Part shown: positions 40,201 through 51,548 of the stretch, one piece after another
Layout of the letters: every line of letters starts with the position of its first letter
How positions within the stretch are numbered: the first letter of the stretch is position 1
Assembly: GCF_963921235.1 (NCBI RefSeq)
Contig: NC_086101.1
Location: forward strand, 31,372,001-31,436,000
Direction of reading: 5' to 3'
DNA from: Mobula hypostoma
Taxonomy: Eukaryota
Length of the DNA stretch: 64,000 nt
The notes under the pieces: model-generated
Seen by the model: the letters and a program-made list of their open reading frames with translations, nothing else
Database searches by the model: none
What the model was told of the DNA's origin: nothing
Position numbers and translations under genes: made by a program

Positions 40201-43200
40201 CTTATTACCAAGGAACCCCTTTTCCTTCACTTCACTAGCCAGATCAATGTTATAACTACTCAATTTCCCTTGAGTATCCTTATTCAAAGGATTCACTCAT
40301 CTCCTACCTCCTAAACCCAATGTATCATTTCTATTTCTGACCACAGCCTCTCTTGACTAGGGTTCCTTCACACGAACACCTGGACACTTGATATATTGCT
40401 CTTAAAAGCCTCCCACTCACCATTCATTCTTTTGCCTTCAAACAGGCTCTCCTAATTGACCTCTAGATTCATTAGTTCCCCCACAATTAGCCATGCTTCA
40501 GTTTAGGACTCTAAACTGAACTTATCCCATCTTTGCCCAACACCATCCAACAGAATTAGCATCACTAAAGCCAAAGTGCTCCCTGACTGCCATTTCACTA
40601 CATCCAAGGTTGAGTATTGCATCTTCCTGAATATGGCCCTCTATATTGAAAAAGTTTCCTGGAGACATTTCACTAATTGATTCTGTCCAGGCCATTAACA
40701 CCAATTAGTTTAGTCAGTACTTAGATGTAATTTTTCCTAACACATCCTTAGGTTTCTTAAACATTTCAATTTCCATTTGCAATTTAAAGCTCCTTCACTT
40801 TGAACTTGTAAACCACTTGCTCAGTTGGGACCAAAACATTGACATGGTACAGAAAGCAAGGAATGGTACCGACCCTACAAATCACTACTGGTAAACACTT
40901 AGTCAGACAGTCACCTACCATTACCACTCACTTCCTGTCACAATTTCAATCCAACTTCTCCCTTCCTGTATCCCATAGGCATTTAACTTGAACATTCTAT
41001 GCAACAATTGTCAAAATCTGTGCAGGTGAAGGCATTGATGTCAATCTTGTTATCACAAGTGGGTCAGCACAGCAGTCCTCCAGTTCTTCAGAGTCACTCC
41101 TGTGACTAGAAGTGACACTTGTGTCAGAGGGAGCATTCATACCTCAGTTTTATAGGATAGGTTTTTTTTTTTGGTCAGGATTGCTGCTTCCATCTGTGTG
41201 TTATGTGGCAAGGGCCAATTCTCCAGATGCAATTACAATAATCAGGTTCCCAATTGGTTAAGTATCCATTGTGTAATGAAAGTCCAGTGTGGTCCAGAAT
41301 AGGAACAAAGTTCAAAGTAAAATTAAAGTACATTCACATCAACATATCAGGTTAATTTTCTTGCAGGCATTCAGTAATATGAAGATACAATGAAACAATG
41401 CTCAAAGACAACAAAAATGATAAATGTGCAAAAGACAAATTGTACAAATATATATGCAATAAGTAGAGAACAAGATGAAGAAGCCATTAAAGAGTCCATA
41501 GGATGTGAGAACAGTTCAGTGATTGGGAAAGAGAAATTATCCCCTCTGGTTCAAGAGCCTGATGGTTGAGGGGAAAATAATGTTCCCGAACCTGTTGGTG
41601 GGTCCAGAGGGTCCTGTACTTAATTCCTGACATCAACACAAAAACTGCTGGTGAACACAGCAGGCCAGGCAGCATCTATAGGAAGAGGTACAGTTGACAT
41701 TTTGGGCCGAGACCCTGGCTTGCTGCATTCACCAGCATTTTGCGTTGCTTCAATTTCCAGCATCTGTAGATTTCCTCCAAGATCAAAACTGCTTTTGAAA
41801 TGGTATTAGAAACATTGGAACAGAATTAGTTTTCTTATCCTGCATTAATACTGTAATAGTGTAGCAGTTAGTGCAAGGCATTCTGGAGTTCAAAGTTCAA
41901 TTTCAGTGCCGTAAAAAACAACAGGAATTCTGCAGATGCTGGAAATTCAAGCAACACACATCAAAGTTGCTGGTGAACGCAGCAGGCCAGGCAGCATCTC
42001 TAGGAAGAGGTGCAGTCAACGTTTCAGGCCGAGACCCTTCGTCAGGACTAACTGAAGAAAGAGTGAGTAAGGGGTTTGAAAGTTGGAGGGGGAGGGGGAG
42101 ATCCAAAATGATAGGAGAAGACAGGAGAGGGAGGGATGGAGCCAAGAGCTGGACAGGTGATTGGCAAAAGGGGATACAAGGATCATGGGACAGGAGGTCC
42201 GGGAAAAAAGACAAGGAGGCGGGGGGACGCACAGGATGGGCAAGAGGTATATTCAGAGGGACAGAGGGAGAAAAAGGAGAGTGAGAGAAAGAATGTGTGC
42301 ATAAAAATAAGTAACAGATGGGGTACGAGGGGGAGCTGGGGCCTTAGCAGAAGTTAGAGAAGTCGATGTTCATGCCATCAGGTTGGAGGCTACCCAGACG
42401 GAATATAAGGTGTTGTTCCTCCAACCTGAGTGTGGCTTCATCTTTACAGTAGAGGAGGCAGTGGATAGACATGTCAGAATGGGAATGGGATGTGGAATTA
42501 AAATGTGTGGCCACTGGGAGATCCTGCTTTCTCTGGCGGACAGAGCGTAGATGTTCAGCAAAGCGGTCTCCCAGTCTGCGTCGGGTCTCACCAATATATA
42601 AAAGGCCACATCGGGAGCACTGGATGCAGTATAATCACCCCAGCCGACTCACAGGTGAAGTGTTGCCTCACCTGGAAGGACTGTTTGGGGCCCTGAATGG
42701 TGGTAAGGGAGGAAGTGGAAGGGGATGTGTAGCACTTGTTCTGCTTACACAGATAAGTGCCCGGAGGGAGATCAGTGGGGAGGGATGGGGGGGACAAATG
42801 GACAAGGGAGTTGCGTAGGGAGCGATCCCTGTGGAATGCGGGGGGGGGGGGAAGAGGGAAAGATGTGTTTAGTGGTGGGATCTCATTGGAGGTGGTGGAA
42901 GTTACGGAGAATAATATGTTGGACCCAGAGGCTGGTGGGGTGGTAGGTGAGGACCAGGGGAACCCTATTCCTAGTGGGGTGGCGGGAGGATAGAGAGAGC
43001 AGATGTACGTGAAATAGGGGAGATGCGTTTAAGAGCAGAGTTGATAGTGGAGGAAGGGAAGCCCCTTTCTTTAAAAAAGGAAGACATCTCCCTCATCCTA
43101 GAATGAAAAGCCTCATCCTGAGAGCAGATGCGGTGGAGACGGAGGAATTGCGAGAAGGGGATGGCGTTTTTGCAAGAGACAGGGTGAGAAGAGGAATAGT

Positions 43201-46200
43201 CCAGATAGCTGTGAGAGTCAGTAGGCTTATAGTAGACATCAGTGGATAAGCTGTCTCCAGAGTCAGAGACAGAAAGATCTAGAAAGGGGAGGGAGGTGTC
43301 AGAAATGGACCAGGTAAACTTGAGGGCAGGGTGAAAGTTGGAGGCAAAGTTAATAAAGTCAACGAGTTCTGCATGCGTGCAGGAAGCAGCGCCAATGCAG
43401 TCATCGATGTAGTGAAGGAAAAGTGGGGGACAGATACCAGAATAGGCACGGAACATAGATTGTTCCACAAACCCAACAAAAAGGCAGGCATAGCTAGGAC
43501 CCATACGGGTGCCCATAGCTACACCTTTAGTTTGGAGGAAGTGGGAGGAGCCAAAGGAGAAATTATTAAGATTAAGGACTAATTCCGCTAGACAGAGCAG
43601 AGTGGTGATAGAGGGGAACTGATTAGGTCTGGAATCCAAAAAGCGTAGAGCTTTGAGACCTTCCTGATGGGGGATGGAAGTATATAGGGACCGGACATCC
43701 ATGGTGAAAATAAAGCGGTGGGGGCCAGGGAACTTAAAATCATCGAAAAGTTTAAGAGCGTGAGAAGTGTCACGGACATAGGTAGGAAGAGATTGGATAA
43801 GGGGGGATAAAACTGTGTCGAGGTATGCAGAAACGAGTTCAGTGGGGCAGGAGCAAGCTGAGACAATAGGTCTGCCAGGACAGGCAGGTTTGTGGATCTT
43901 GGGTAGGAGGTAGAAACAGGAAGTGCGGGGTGTGGGAACTATAAGGTTGGTAGCAGTGGATGGGAGATCCCGAGCGGATAAAGTCGGTGATGGTGTGGGA
44001 GACAGTGGCCTGGTGCTCCTTAGTGGGGTCACGATTGAGGGGTAAATAAGAGGAGGTATCCGCGAGTTGTCGCTGTGCCTCGGCAAGGTAGAGGTCAGTA
44101 CACCAGACTACAACAGCACCCCCCTTATCGGCGGGTTTAATAATAATCAGTGCCGTAAGTAGTTTGTACACAGTCTGCTTGGAATAAGTGGGTTATCACC
44201 AAGTATTCCAGCTTTCTCCCACAGCCCAAAGATATACCAAGTAGGTCAAGTGCTCATTGTAAATTGAGCCATGATTAGGTTAGGGTTAATCAGGTTTGTT
44301 GGGGGGGGGGTGGTCACTGGGGCAGTGTGGTTTGAAGAGTTGGAAGGGCCTACTCCACACTGTATCACTAAAATATATATTATTTATGGCAAAGTATGTC
44401 GGAACTATTGGAAAAGGCTAGGGGGAGATAAACTGGAATAAAGAGTGGAGGAGAAAGTAAATATTGTTATTTCCATAGTTGCAAACTTGGCTCTAATGGA
44501 AAGATGCAAACAACAGGAATTCTGCAGATGCTGGAAATTCAAGCTTACATCAAAGTTGCTGGTGAACGCAGCAGGCCAGGCAGCATCTATAGGAAGAGGC
44601 GCAGTCGACGTTTCAGGCCGAGACTCTGCTGCCTGGCCTGCTGCGTTCACCAGAAACTTTGATGTAAGCTCTAATGGAAAGATATTGTGCACATTTACAT
44701 TAGGGCAAAGGGAAGATGTGTTTGAATTCATAGCAGGCCTAGTGAATGACATTGTCCAAAAAGATATTTGGAAAGTTCCTTTGGAAGAGATGTACTTTTT
44801 ACTAAAAACAGACAAGGCACAAAGACAATGAAGAAATTAGTAAACAAGCAAAGACAAAGACTGCACAGAGCACTGGCTCCAGCTGTTCTGCACTTACCCC
44901 AGTCCATGGTCATGGGCTCCGTCAGGCTGCTGTGCTCCACGTGACAGGTGTATTTATCCCCAGACACTGGGTCATACTGCAGGAGTTCCTCCACCTGGTA
45001 TGTCCAATCACCATCTGACAACAGGACTGTATTGATGGCTCCAGCAGGGACTGGGGCTCCGTTCTTCAGCCACTTGACTTCAATCTCCGGAGGGTAAAAC
45101 CCAGTGACATGACAGGTGAGCAGGGCCAGCTGCCCTGACTGGGAGGGCGAGACTTTAGGTCGGATGGTGATCTCGGGTTCAACTGGAGAGATAAAGTTAA
45201 ACATGTGGAATAGGGCAACCTCAGACCACCTGTGTGGTCACCACTTACCAAAAACCTCTACTATCACCCAGCTGCAGAATGCTGATTAAGATACTGATTC
45301 TGGAGATTAATCCAGAGAAGGTGGAGATTCCAAATGACTAATTATAGGGGCAGCACATCTCAGGCTTTGCCACAACTGCACAGTATTTATCCACTGTCAT
45401 AGAAGCAGCTCATTATGAAGCAGCCAACAACCCAATGGTTTCCTGATTTACAAAACTCCTGCACTGAGCCCACAATCCCCACTGTGCCTAAAACTTGTCT
45501 AACAGTAGCCCAATGTTGTGGCAGTCAGAGGCAGAAACCAACTGTTCAGAAGACTAGCATCAGATGCTATTACTGAATGTCCAGAGGATTCCCCATCCAT
45601 TCTTCAGCGAGGTAGAGTGTTTTAGAATGGGGATACTGACAGCTAGCAACCAAAGGCAATTTTCTTTCATGAAATAGTAAATCCCTAAATTTCATGAACA
45701 GGTGAAATTTAATCCCAACATGTACAAGAGTCAAAAGGTAGGACATTAACTAGTAGATTACACATAACCAGAACCTGCAGAACACAATACTTCAACAGGT
45801 ATATTAATAACTGATGAAAACGTGAATGGTGGGTCAGTGAGTTTGCAGATGACCCAATGTTTAGTGGAGTTAGAGACAGTGCAAGGTCCATCAAAGGATA
45901 CAGGAAATAGAGCAGTTATAGATATGGACAGAAATAGCAGAGGAATTTAATCTGAGGTGAGATGCTGTACTTTGAGATGCTCAAGGGGATGTATGCTATA
46001 AATGGTAGGCCCCTTAACAGCATTGACAGAGGGATCTTGAGGTTCAAGTCCATTGCTTCTTGAAAGTAGAACACACACCCCGCACCACCCCCCACCCCCC
46101 GGTGGAATGCAGCAGGCCAGGCAGCATCTATAGGAAGTACAGTCAACATTTTTGGGTTGAGACTAACAGAAAAAAAGAGATAGTTAAGAGATTTGAAAGT

Positions 46201-49200
46201 GGGAGGGGGAGACCCGAGATGATAGAAGACTGGGGTGGGGGGGGGGGGTGGAGGATGAAACTAAGAGCTGGGAACTTGATTGGCAAAAGGGAGAAGGGGG
46301 AGTATCATAAGACAGAAGGCCTTGGAAGAAAGCAAGGGGGAGGGGAGCACCAGAGGAAGATAGAGAACAGGCAAGGAGTTATTGAGAGAGGGAACAAGAG
46401 GAAAAATAAGAGATGAGGTAAGGGGAGGGTGGTATTAACGGAAGTTAGATATCAATGTTCATGCCATCAGGTTGGAGGCTATCCAGACGGGATACAAGTA
46501 AGGTTTCAAAGCACTCCACTTCTTTTTGGATTCCAGTCCCAACCAGTTCCCCACTACCACCACTCTGCTGTCTAGCAGAATTAGTCCTTACTCTTAACAA
46601 TTTCTCCTTTGGCTCCTCCCACTTCCTCCAGACTAAAGGTGTAGCTATGGGCACCTGTATGGCTCCCAGCTATGCCTGCCTTTTTGTTGGCTTTGTGGAA
46701 CAGTCCATGTTCCGTGCCTATTCTGGTATCTGTCCCCCACTTTTCCTTCACTACATCGACAACTGCATTGGTGCTGCTTCCTGCACGCATGCTGAGCTCG
46801 TTGACTTCATTAACTTTGCCTCCAACTTTCACCCTGCCCTCAAGTTTACCTGGTCCATTTCCAACACCTCCCTCCCCTTTCTGGATCCTTCTGTCTCCAT
46901 CTCTGGAGACAGCTTATCGACTGATGTCTACTATAAGCCGACGGACTCACAGCTACCTGGATTGTTCCTCTTCCCACCCAGTCTCTTGCAAAAATGCCGT
47001 CCCCTTCTCGCAATTCCTCCATCTCTGCTGCATCTGCTCTTAGGATGAGGCTTTTCATTCCAGGATGAAGGAGATTTCTTTATTTATTTATAAAAACAAA
47101 GAGGCTTCCCTTTCTCCACCATCAACTCTGCTCTCAAATGCATCTCTCCCATTTCACGTACATCTGCTCTCACTCCATCCTCCCGCCACCCCCACCAGAA
47201 ATAGGGTTCCCCTAGTCCTCTCCTACCACTCCACTAGCCTCTGTATCCAACATACAATTTTGTGACTTCCGCCACCTCCAATGGGATCCCACCACCAAGC
47301 ACATCTTTCCCTCCCCCCCCACCTCTACTTTCCACAGGGATCGCTCCCTACGCGACTCCCTTGTCCATTCGTCCCCCCATCCCTTCCCACCGATCTCCCT
47401 CCCGGCACTTATCCTTGTAAGCAGAACAAGTGCTACACATGCCCTTACACTTCCTCCCTCACCCCCATTCAGGGCCCCAGACAGTCCTTCCAGGTGAGGC
47501 GACACTTCACCTGTGAGTCGGCTGGGGTGATATACTGTGTCCGGTGCTCCCGATGTGGCCTTCTATATATTGGCGAGACCCAACGCAGAATGGGAGATCG
47601 TTTTGCTGAACACCTACGCTCTGTCTGCCAGAGAAAGCAGGATCTCCCAGTGGCCACACATTAATTCCACATCCCATTCTGATATGTCTAGCCACAGCCT
47701 CCTCCACTGTCAAGATGAAGCCACACTCAGGTTGGAGGAACACCTTATATCCCCGTCTGCGTAGCCTCCAACCTGATGATATGAATATTGACCTCTCAAA
47801 CTTCTGCTAATGCCCCGCCTCCCCTTCACACCCCATCCCTTAGTTAATATTTTTCATATACATTTTTCTCCTCCTATCCCTCACTAGAACTCCTTGCCTG
47901 CTCTCCACCCTCTGATCTCCTCTTACCGCCCCCCCACCCCACCGTTTTCTTTCTCCCCAGGCTTCCAGTCCCATGATCCTCCCCCCTTCTCCATCCCGGT
48001 ATCCTTTTGCCAATCAAATTTCCAGCTCTTCCCCTATCATTTCAGATCTCCCCCTCCCCCTTCCCCTTTCAAATCTCTTACCATCTCTTCTTTCAGTTAG
48101 TTCTGACTAAGGGTCCCAGCCCGAAACATCTACTGTACCTCTTCCTATAGATGCTGCCTGGCCTGCTGCGTTCCTCCAGCATTTTGTGTGTGCTGCCGGA
48201 ATACAAGGTGTGGTTCCTCCAACCTGAGTGGCTTCATCTCGACAGTAGGGGCGCCATGGATTGATATATCGGAATGGGAATGGGACGTGGAATTAAAATG
48301 TGTGACCACTGGGAGATCCTGCTTCCTCTGGTGGACAGAGCGTAGGTGTTCAGCAAAATGGTCTCCCAGTCTGCACCGGGTCTCACCAATATATAGAAGG
48401 CCACACCGGACACAGTATATCACACCAACAGACTCACAGGTGAAGTGTTGCCTCCCCTTCTTACCCAATCCCTTATTTATTTTTCCTCTTTCCCTCTCAC
48501 AATAACTGTTGCCTATTCCCCATCTTCCTCTGGTGCTCCCCTCCCCCTTTTTCTTCCAAGGCCTTCCATCCTATGATACTCCCCTTCTCCCTTTTGCCAA
48601 TCAACTTCCCAGCTCTTAGCTTCATCCCTCCCCCTCTTGTCTTCTATCATTCTGGGTCTCCCCCTCCCAAATCTCTTACGATCTCTTTTCTGTTAGTCCT
48701 GACAAAGTGTCTTGACCCGAAAGGTTGACTGTATTTCTTCCTATAGATGCTGCCTGGCCTGCTGCGTTCCACTGTATTTTGTGTGTGTTGCTTGAATTTC
48801 CAGCATCTGCAGATTTTCTTGTTTGAGCAAGGCATGTGGATGCTTTTATTGAATGGTGCACTGGGTAACAGCAAGTCATGGTGTGATTGTATAAAATTTA
48901 GGTTAGAGTGCACTTGGAGTACTGTCACCCCATTACAGGAAAGTTGTGGGGGCACTAGAGAGTGTGAAGAGGCCCATTAGGATGCCATTTACATCAGTGA
49001 GGGCAAGGGGATTGGACAAACCGATTTCTTTCCCTCCCATCCCACCCAGAGAAATCAAGGGGAGACCTGATAGATGCACAGGACAGTTTTAAAATTATAA
49101 GCAGAGGGGCAGTTGCCTGGAACTTACTATCAAGAGAACGTTAGAAGCAGGTACAGCTGTAACTTCAATGTGAATATAAAAGGAATGACAGATGGTACTT

Positions 49201-50955
49201 GTGTACAGGCAGAAGAGATTTAGTTTACTTTTCAACACGCTGGAGGAACTCAGGTCAGGCAGCATCCGTGGAAACGATCAGTCAACGTTTCAGGTTGGAA
49301 CCCTTTGTCAGGACTGAAGAGGGGTATACTGTCTAGGTAGTCTCCAGCCCCTTGGTATGAACATAATTCTTCAACTTCTGGTAATCCCCTTCCCTTATTT
49401 CACTCTGCCCCCTCCCCCAGCTGCCTATCACCTCCCTCATGGTTCTGCCTCTTTCTACTACCCATTGTTTTCCCCTATTCCTTCTTCACCTTTCCTGCCC
49501 ATCCCCTCCCTGCTTCCCCTCCCCCACCCCTTTATCTTTCCCCTTACTGGTTTTTCACCTGGAACCTCCCAGCCTTCTCCTTCCCACCCCCCCCACCTTC
49601 TTTATAGGGCCTCTGCCCCTTCCCTCTTCAGTCCTGACGAAGGGTTCCGGCCCGAAACGTTCACTGATCGTTTCCACGGATGCTGCCCAACCTGCTGAGT
49701 TCCTCCAGCGTGTTGTGAGTATTGCTTTGACCCCAGCATCTGCAGAGCATTGCATTTAGTTTACTTCTGGCGTTTGGTTTGTTGCAGTTATGAGGTCAAA
49801 AAGGTTTGTTTCTGTTCCAAAACTGGGAAAAGAAACTGTATGATGCATTTTTGACTGACATGACTAGATCATAAAAGGGAACTGTTACCACTGGATCATG
49901 AATAAAGGGAGGAATGAATTGGGAAGCTACTAACTAATTGACTCCACAGTCAAGAAATGGCCACGTGGTGGGGGGGGGGGGCGTGTGGTGGGGAGAAGAC
50001 AAAGGACAATACACTTGGGGAGGTACAAAGCCAGGGAATGAAACAGAAGGCTTTTCATCCCCTGTGCCAACTATCATTCAATTAAACAATGGCTTTTTTT
50101 CTACCTCTGCACCAATTTCATATTTAATCCCTTTAAATAGCAATCCATTCTAGGAATTCAGAACAACCAGCAATCCTTCTGGGCAGAGAATGCCACCATT
50201 CTGGGAAATAACCTAGTGAACATCTGTTGCACTACCCATTACAGGTATATCCTGCTTTAAACTGACACACCAAATGTATCAGGCATCTCATTTGGTGTTA
50301 GTAGAAATGTGGACTTGGTCAGCATTGAAACAGTGGGCCAAAGGCTTGTCTGTGCTCTGTAACCAACCCATAGAACCTCCAGTCTCTGCAGTTGGCTCAC
50401 GATTCAGGCCTCCAAATCTGGAATGCCAGGCCACCCACTAGTTTGTTTGTTTTTTTTTTTAAAATCAGGGTTGGAACCCAGAGCCTGGTAGATTAAACCC
50501 GGGGGGGGGGGGGGGGACCAGAAAGGAGGAGATGAGGGGCTATGGTTCAGTGTTAACAGTTGCCATTAGGGCTGCAGTGTACATACCGTATCTCCCACCC
50601 AGGATGGCCTAGATACTGGGGACCTCCTCAGCATTGGAACAGTTCCAGGGAGCCACCATTTGCTTCCTCACACCACAATACCACTTACCTCTCCGGGGCA
50701 GCACCCATTTTTCAACAATGGGGATGTTGTTCTCACACACACGGATCCCGCCCTGGTATGTCGCTTCCGCTTCATCCTTGTTCAACCTGTCCACAATCCC
50801 CTGCATCCATGGCTTTGCTGCCACGAACTTCTTCTGGCCAAAGTCATAGTAGAAAGTCAGCTCTCTGTTGTAGTAATCCTGAAAGATGAAGGTCCATCCT
50901 CCGGTGGCACTGCTGTTAAACAGACAGCCCTGCCTGTGGCAAACAGAGTTGGCCC
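25197..50955 (-). CDS. mhc2b: MHC class II beta chain gene (exons 2-6 in window; leader exon not securely located)
   Basis: Five spliced segments join in frame through GT-AG phase-1 junctions: beta1 ([16 protein letters not shown]...CENNIPIV), C1-set Ig beta2 ([17 protein letters not shown]...GDWTYQ...[10 protein letters not shown]), TM ([14 protein letters not shown]) and a short cytoplasmic tail. This is the classical class II beta architecture. The symbol is family-level only. Confidence 0.97.
25466..25495 (-). CDS. mhc2b: MHC class II beta exon 5 (cytoplasmic tail, [10 protein letters not shown]), 30 bp
   Basis: Strong acceptor tactttctctttcAG and donor CCAC|gtgagt; phase 1-1, in frame with exon 4. 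It resembles my recollection of shark class II beta tails (AILxSxHGP), not verified by search. Confidence 0.8.
25790..28800 (-). mobile_element. Degraded CR1 LINE in intron 4
   Basis: [12 protein letters not shown]...RPHLDYCEQ and [18 protein letters not shown] fragments. Confidence 0.8.
29655..34308 (-). mobile_element. L1-clade LINE ORF2 remnant (AT-rich), itself split by a younger CR1
   Basis: [27 protein letters not shown]...CDRC...LIHMF (L1 ORF2 C-terminal Cys region); candidate TSD ATTTATATT at 29655-29663 and 34300-34308. Confidence 0.8.
31061..32823 (-). mobile_element. Younger 5'-truncated CR1 nested in the L1
   Basis: RT ORF pieces 32448-32702, 32030-32431 and 31498-32073 ([20 protein letters not shown]); short TSD GTAATA. 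Confidence 0.9.
37653..37769 (-). CDS. mhc2b: MHC class II beta exon 4 (connecting peptide, TM, start of tail), 117 bp
   Basis: Acceptor tttcccttggacAG, donor AAAG|gtgagc. [39 protein letters not shown] carries the class II beta GxxGxxxG TM pattern. Confidence 0.96.
41633..41778. mobile_element. Fold-back mini-element made of Penelope-like 3' tail sequence
   Basis: Antisense tail to ...GGGCCGAGACC, then a switch to sense tail CTGGCTTGCTGCATTCACCAGC; no TSD seen. Confidence 0.75.
41915..44146 (-). mobile_element. Penelope-like element, 2.2 kb, 5'-truncated, young, in intron 3
   Basis: 371-aa ORF 42971-44086 with [19 protein letters not shown] and YIDD; GIY-YIG downstream; 12-bp TSD TCAGTGCCGTAA (41903-41914, 44147-44158). 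Confidence 0.95.
42014..42049 (-). ncRNA. Minimal type I hammerhead ribozyme motif
   Basis: Minus strand AGTC CTGACGA AGG GTCTCGG CCT GAAA C GTT GACT: stem I AGTC/GACT, intact core, palindromic ACGT stem III. Confidence 0.7.
44506..44667. mobile_element. Fold-back Penelope-tail mini-element (162 bp) with 16-bp TSD
   Basis: TSD GCTCTAATGGAAAGAT at 44490-44505 and 44668-44683; inverted arms of about 44 bp. Confidence 0.9.
44898..45182 (-). CDS. mhc2b: MHC class II beta exon 3 (beta2 Ig C1 domain), 285 bp
   Basis: Acceptor tttatctctccAG, donor TGGG|gtaagt. Motifs [17 protein letters not shown] and YTCHVEH. Confidence 0.98.
46090..48195 (+). mobile_element. Penelope-like element with an inverted 3'-end copy at its 5' side (46090-46500 antisense; 46500-48195 sense RT, GIY-YIG, tail)
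   Basis: [37 protein letters not shown]; strand switch near 46500. Confidence 0.9.
48196..48815. mobile_element. Second Penelope-like fragment, also with an internal inversion (antisense GIY-YIG, then sense tail)
   Basis: Minus [28 protein letters not shown]; sense tail to ...TTTCCAGCATCTGCAG. Confidence 0.8.
49230..49755. mobile_element. Penelope-tail element of a different subfamily with about 90-bp inverted arms
   Basis: 49233-49320 is the reverse complement of about 49627-49715. Confidence 0.8.
49629..49666 (+). ncRNA. Minimal hammerhead ribozyme motif
   Basis: CAGTC CTGACGA AGGG TTCCGG CCC GAAA C GTT CACTG. Confidence 0.65.
50689..50955 (-). CDS. mhc2b: MHC class II beta exon 2 (beta1 peptide-binding domain), 267 bp
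   Basis: Acceptor gtctttcttccAG, donor AGAG|gtaagt. Both canonical Cys, an N-glycosylation sequon (NSS) after the first canonical Cys, and the conserved Asn82 equivalent are present. Confidence 0.97.
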
Positions 50956-51548
50956 CTGGAAGAAAGACAGTTATTCCTACACCAGACACCACTTCCCTGG
51001 TTCAGAGGAGCCACTCTCCCGGGGGATGGCAGGTCATCTCTTCCCACCCCACACTGACCTGTGCAACCTGCACCTCCCGAGTGGTCCCCGACACTCCCAC
51101 CCCATAACCCAAGGGCCTGAGCCAACTGGGGGGGGGGGGGGGGGAGAGAAGCAGGAGGGGCAGTTGTCACTGTTCCAGCTGTTTCCACAGTGGGGGCAAG
51201 GGTTGTGGGAACTAATTCAGGGAGTGCCTGTCAAGATCCTGGGCAGAGATAATACTAGGGGGTCAGCCGTTTGCAAAGGCAGGGAAGGGAGGGACGTGGA
51301 GGTTTTGGGGAAAGGCACAATTTGAAAATTACATACAAGCACTGCTGCATGAAAGCAGTTTCCATCAGCCAAGATCCCCACCATCCAGGCCATGCTCCCT
51401 TCTTGCTGCTACCATCAGGGTGGTGGTACTGGAGCCTTAGATCCCACATTAGACCCTTGAACCAGAGGGTCTGACTTCACTCACTCAAACAGAACTCATC
51501 CCACAATCTATGGACTCACTTTCAAGTAGTTATCAACATGCTCTGATA

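Noticed and set aside
42971-44086. Penelope RT ORF as an active or domesticated gene
   Set aside because: 5'-truncated, frameshifted before the GIY-YIG domain and bounded by a TSD; an ordinary dead copy.
50221-50232. CATCTGTTGC (reverse X-like motif) in intron 2
   Set aside because: Sits within a LINE-derived fragment and has no Y box at the right distance.
50660-51325. 221-aa plus-strand ORF
   Set aside because: Antisense shadow of exon 2 and GC-rich flank.
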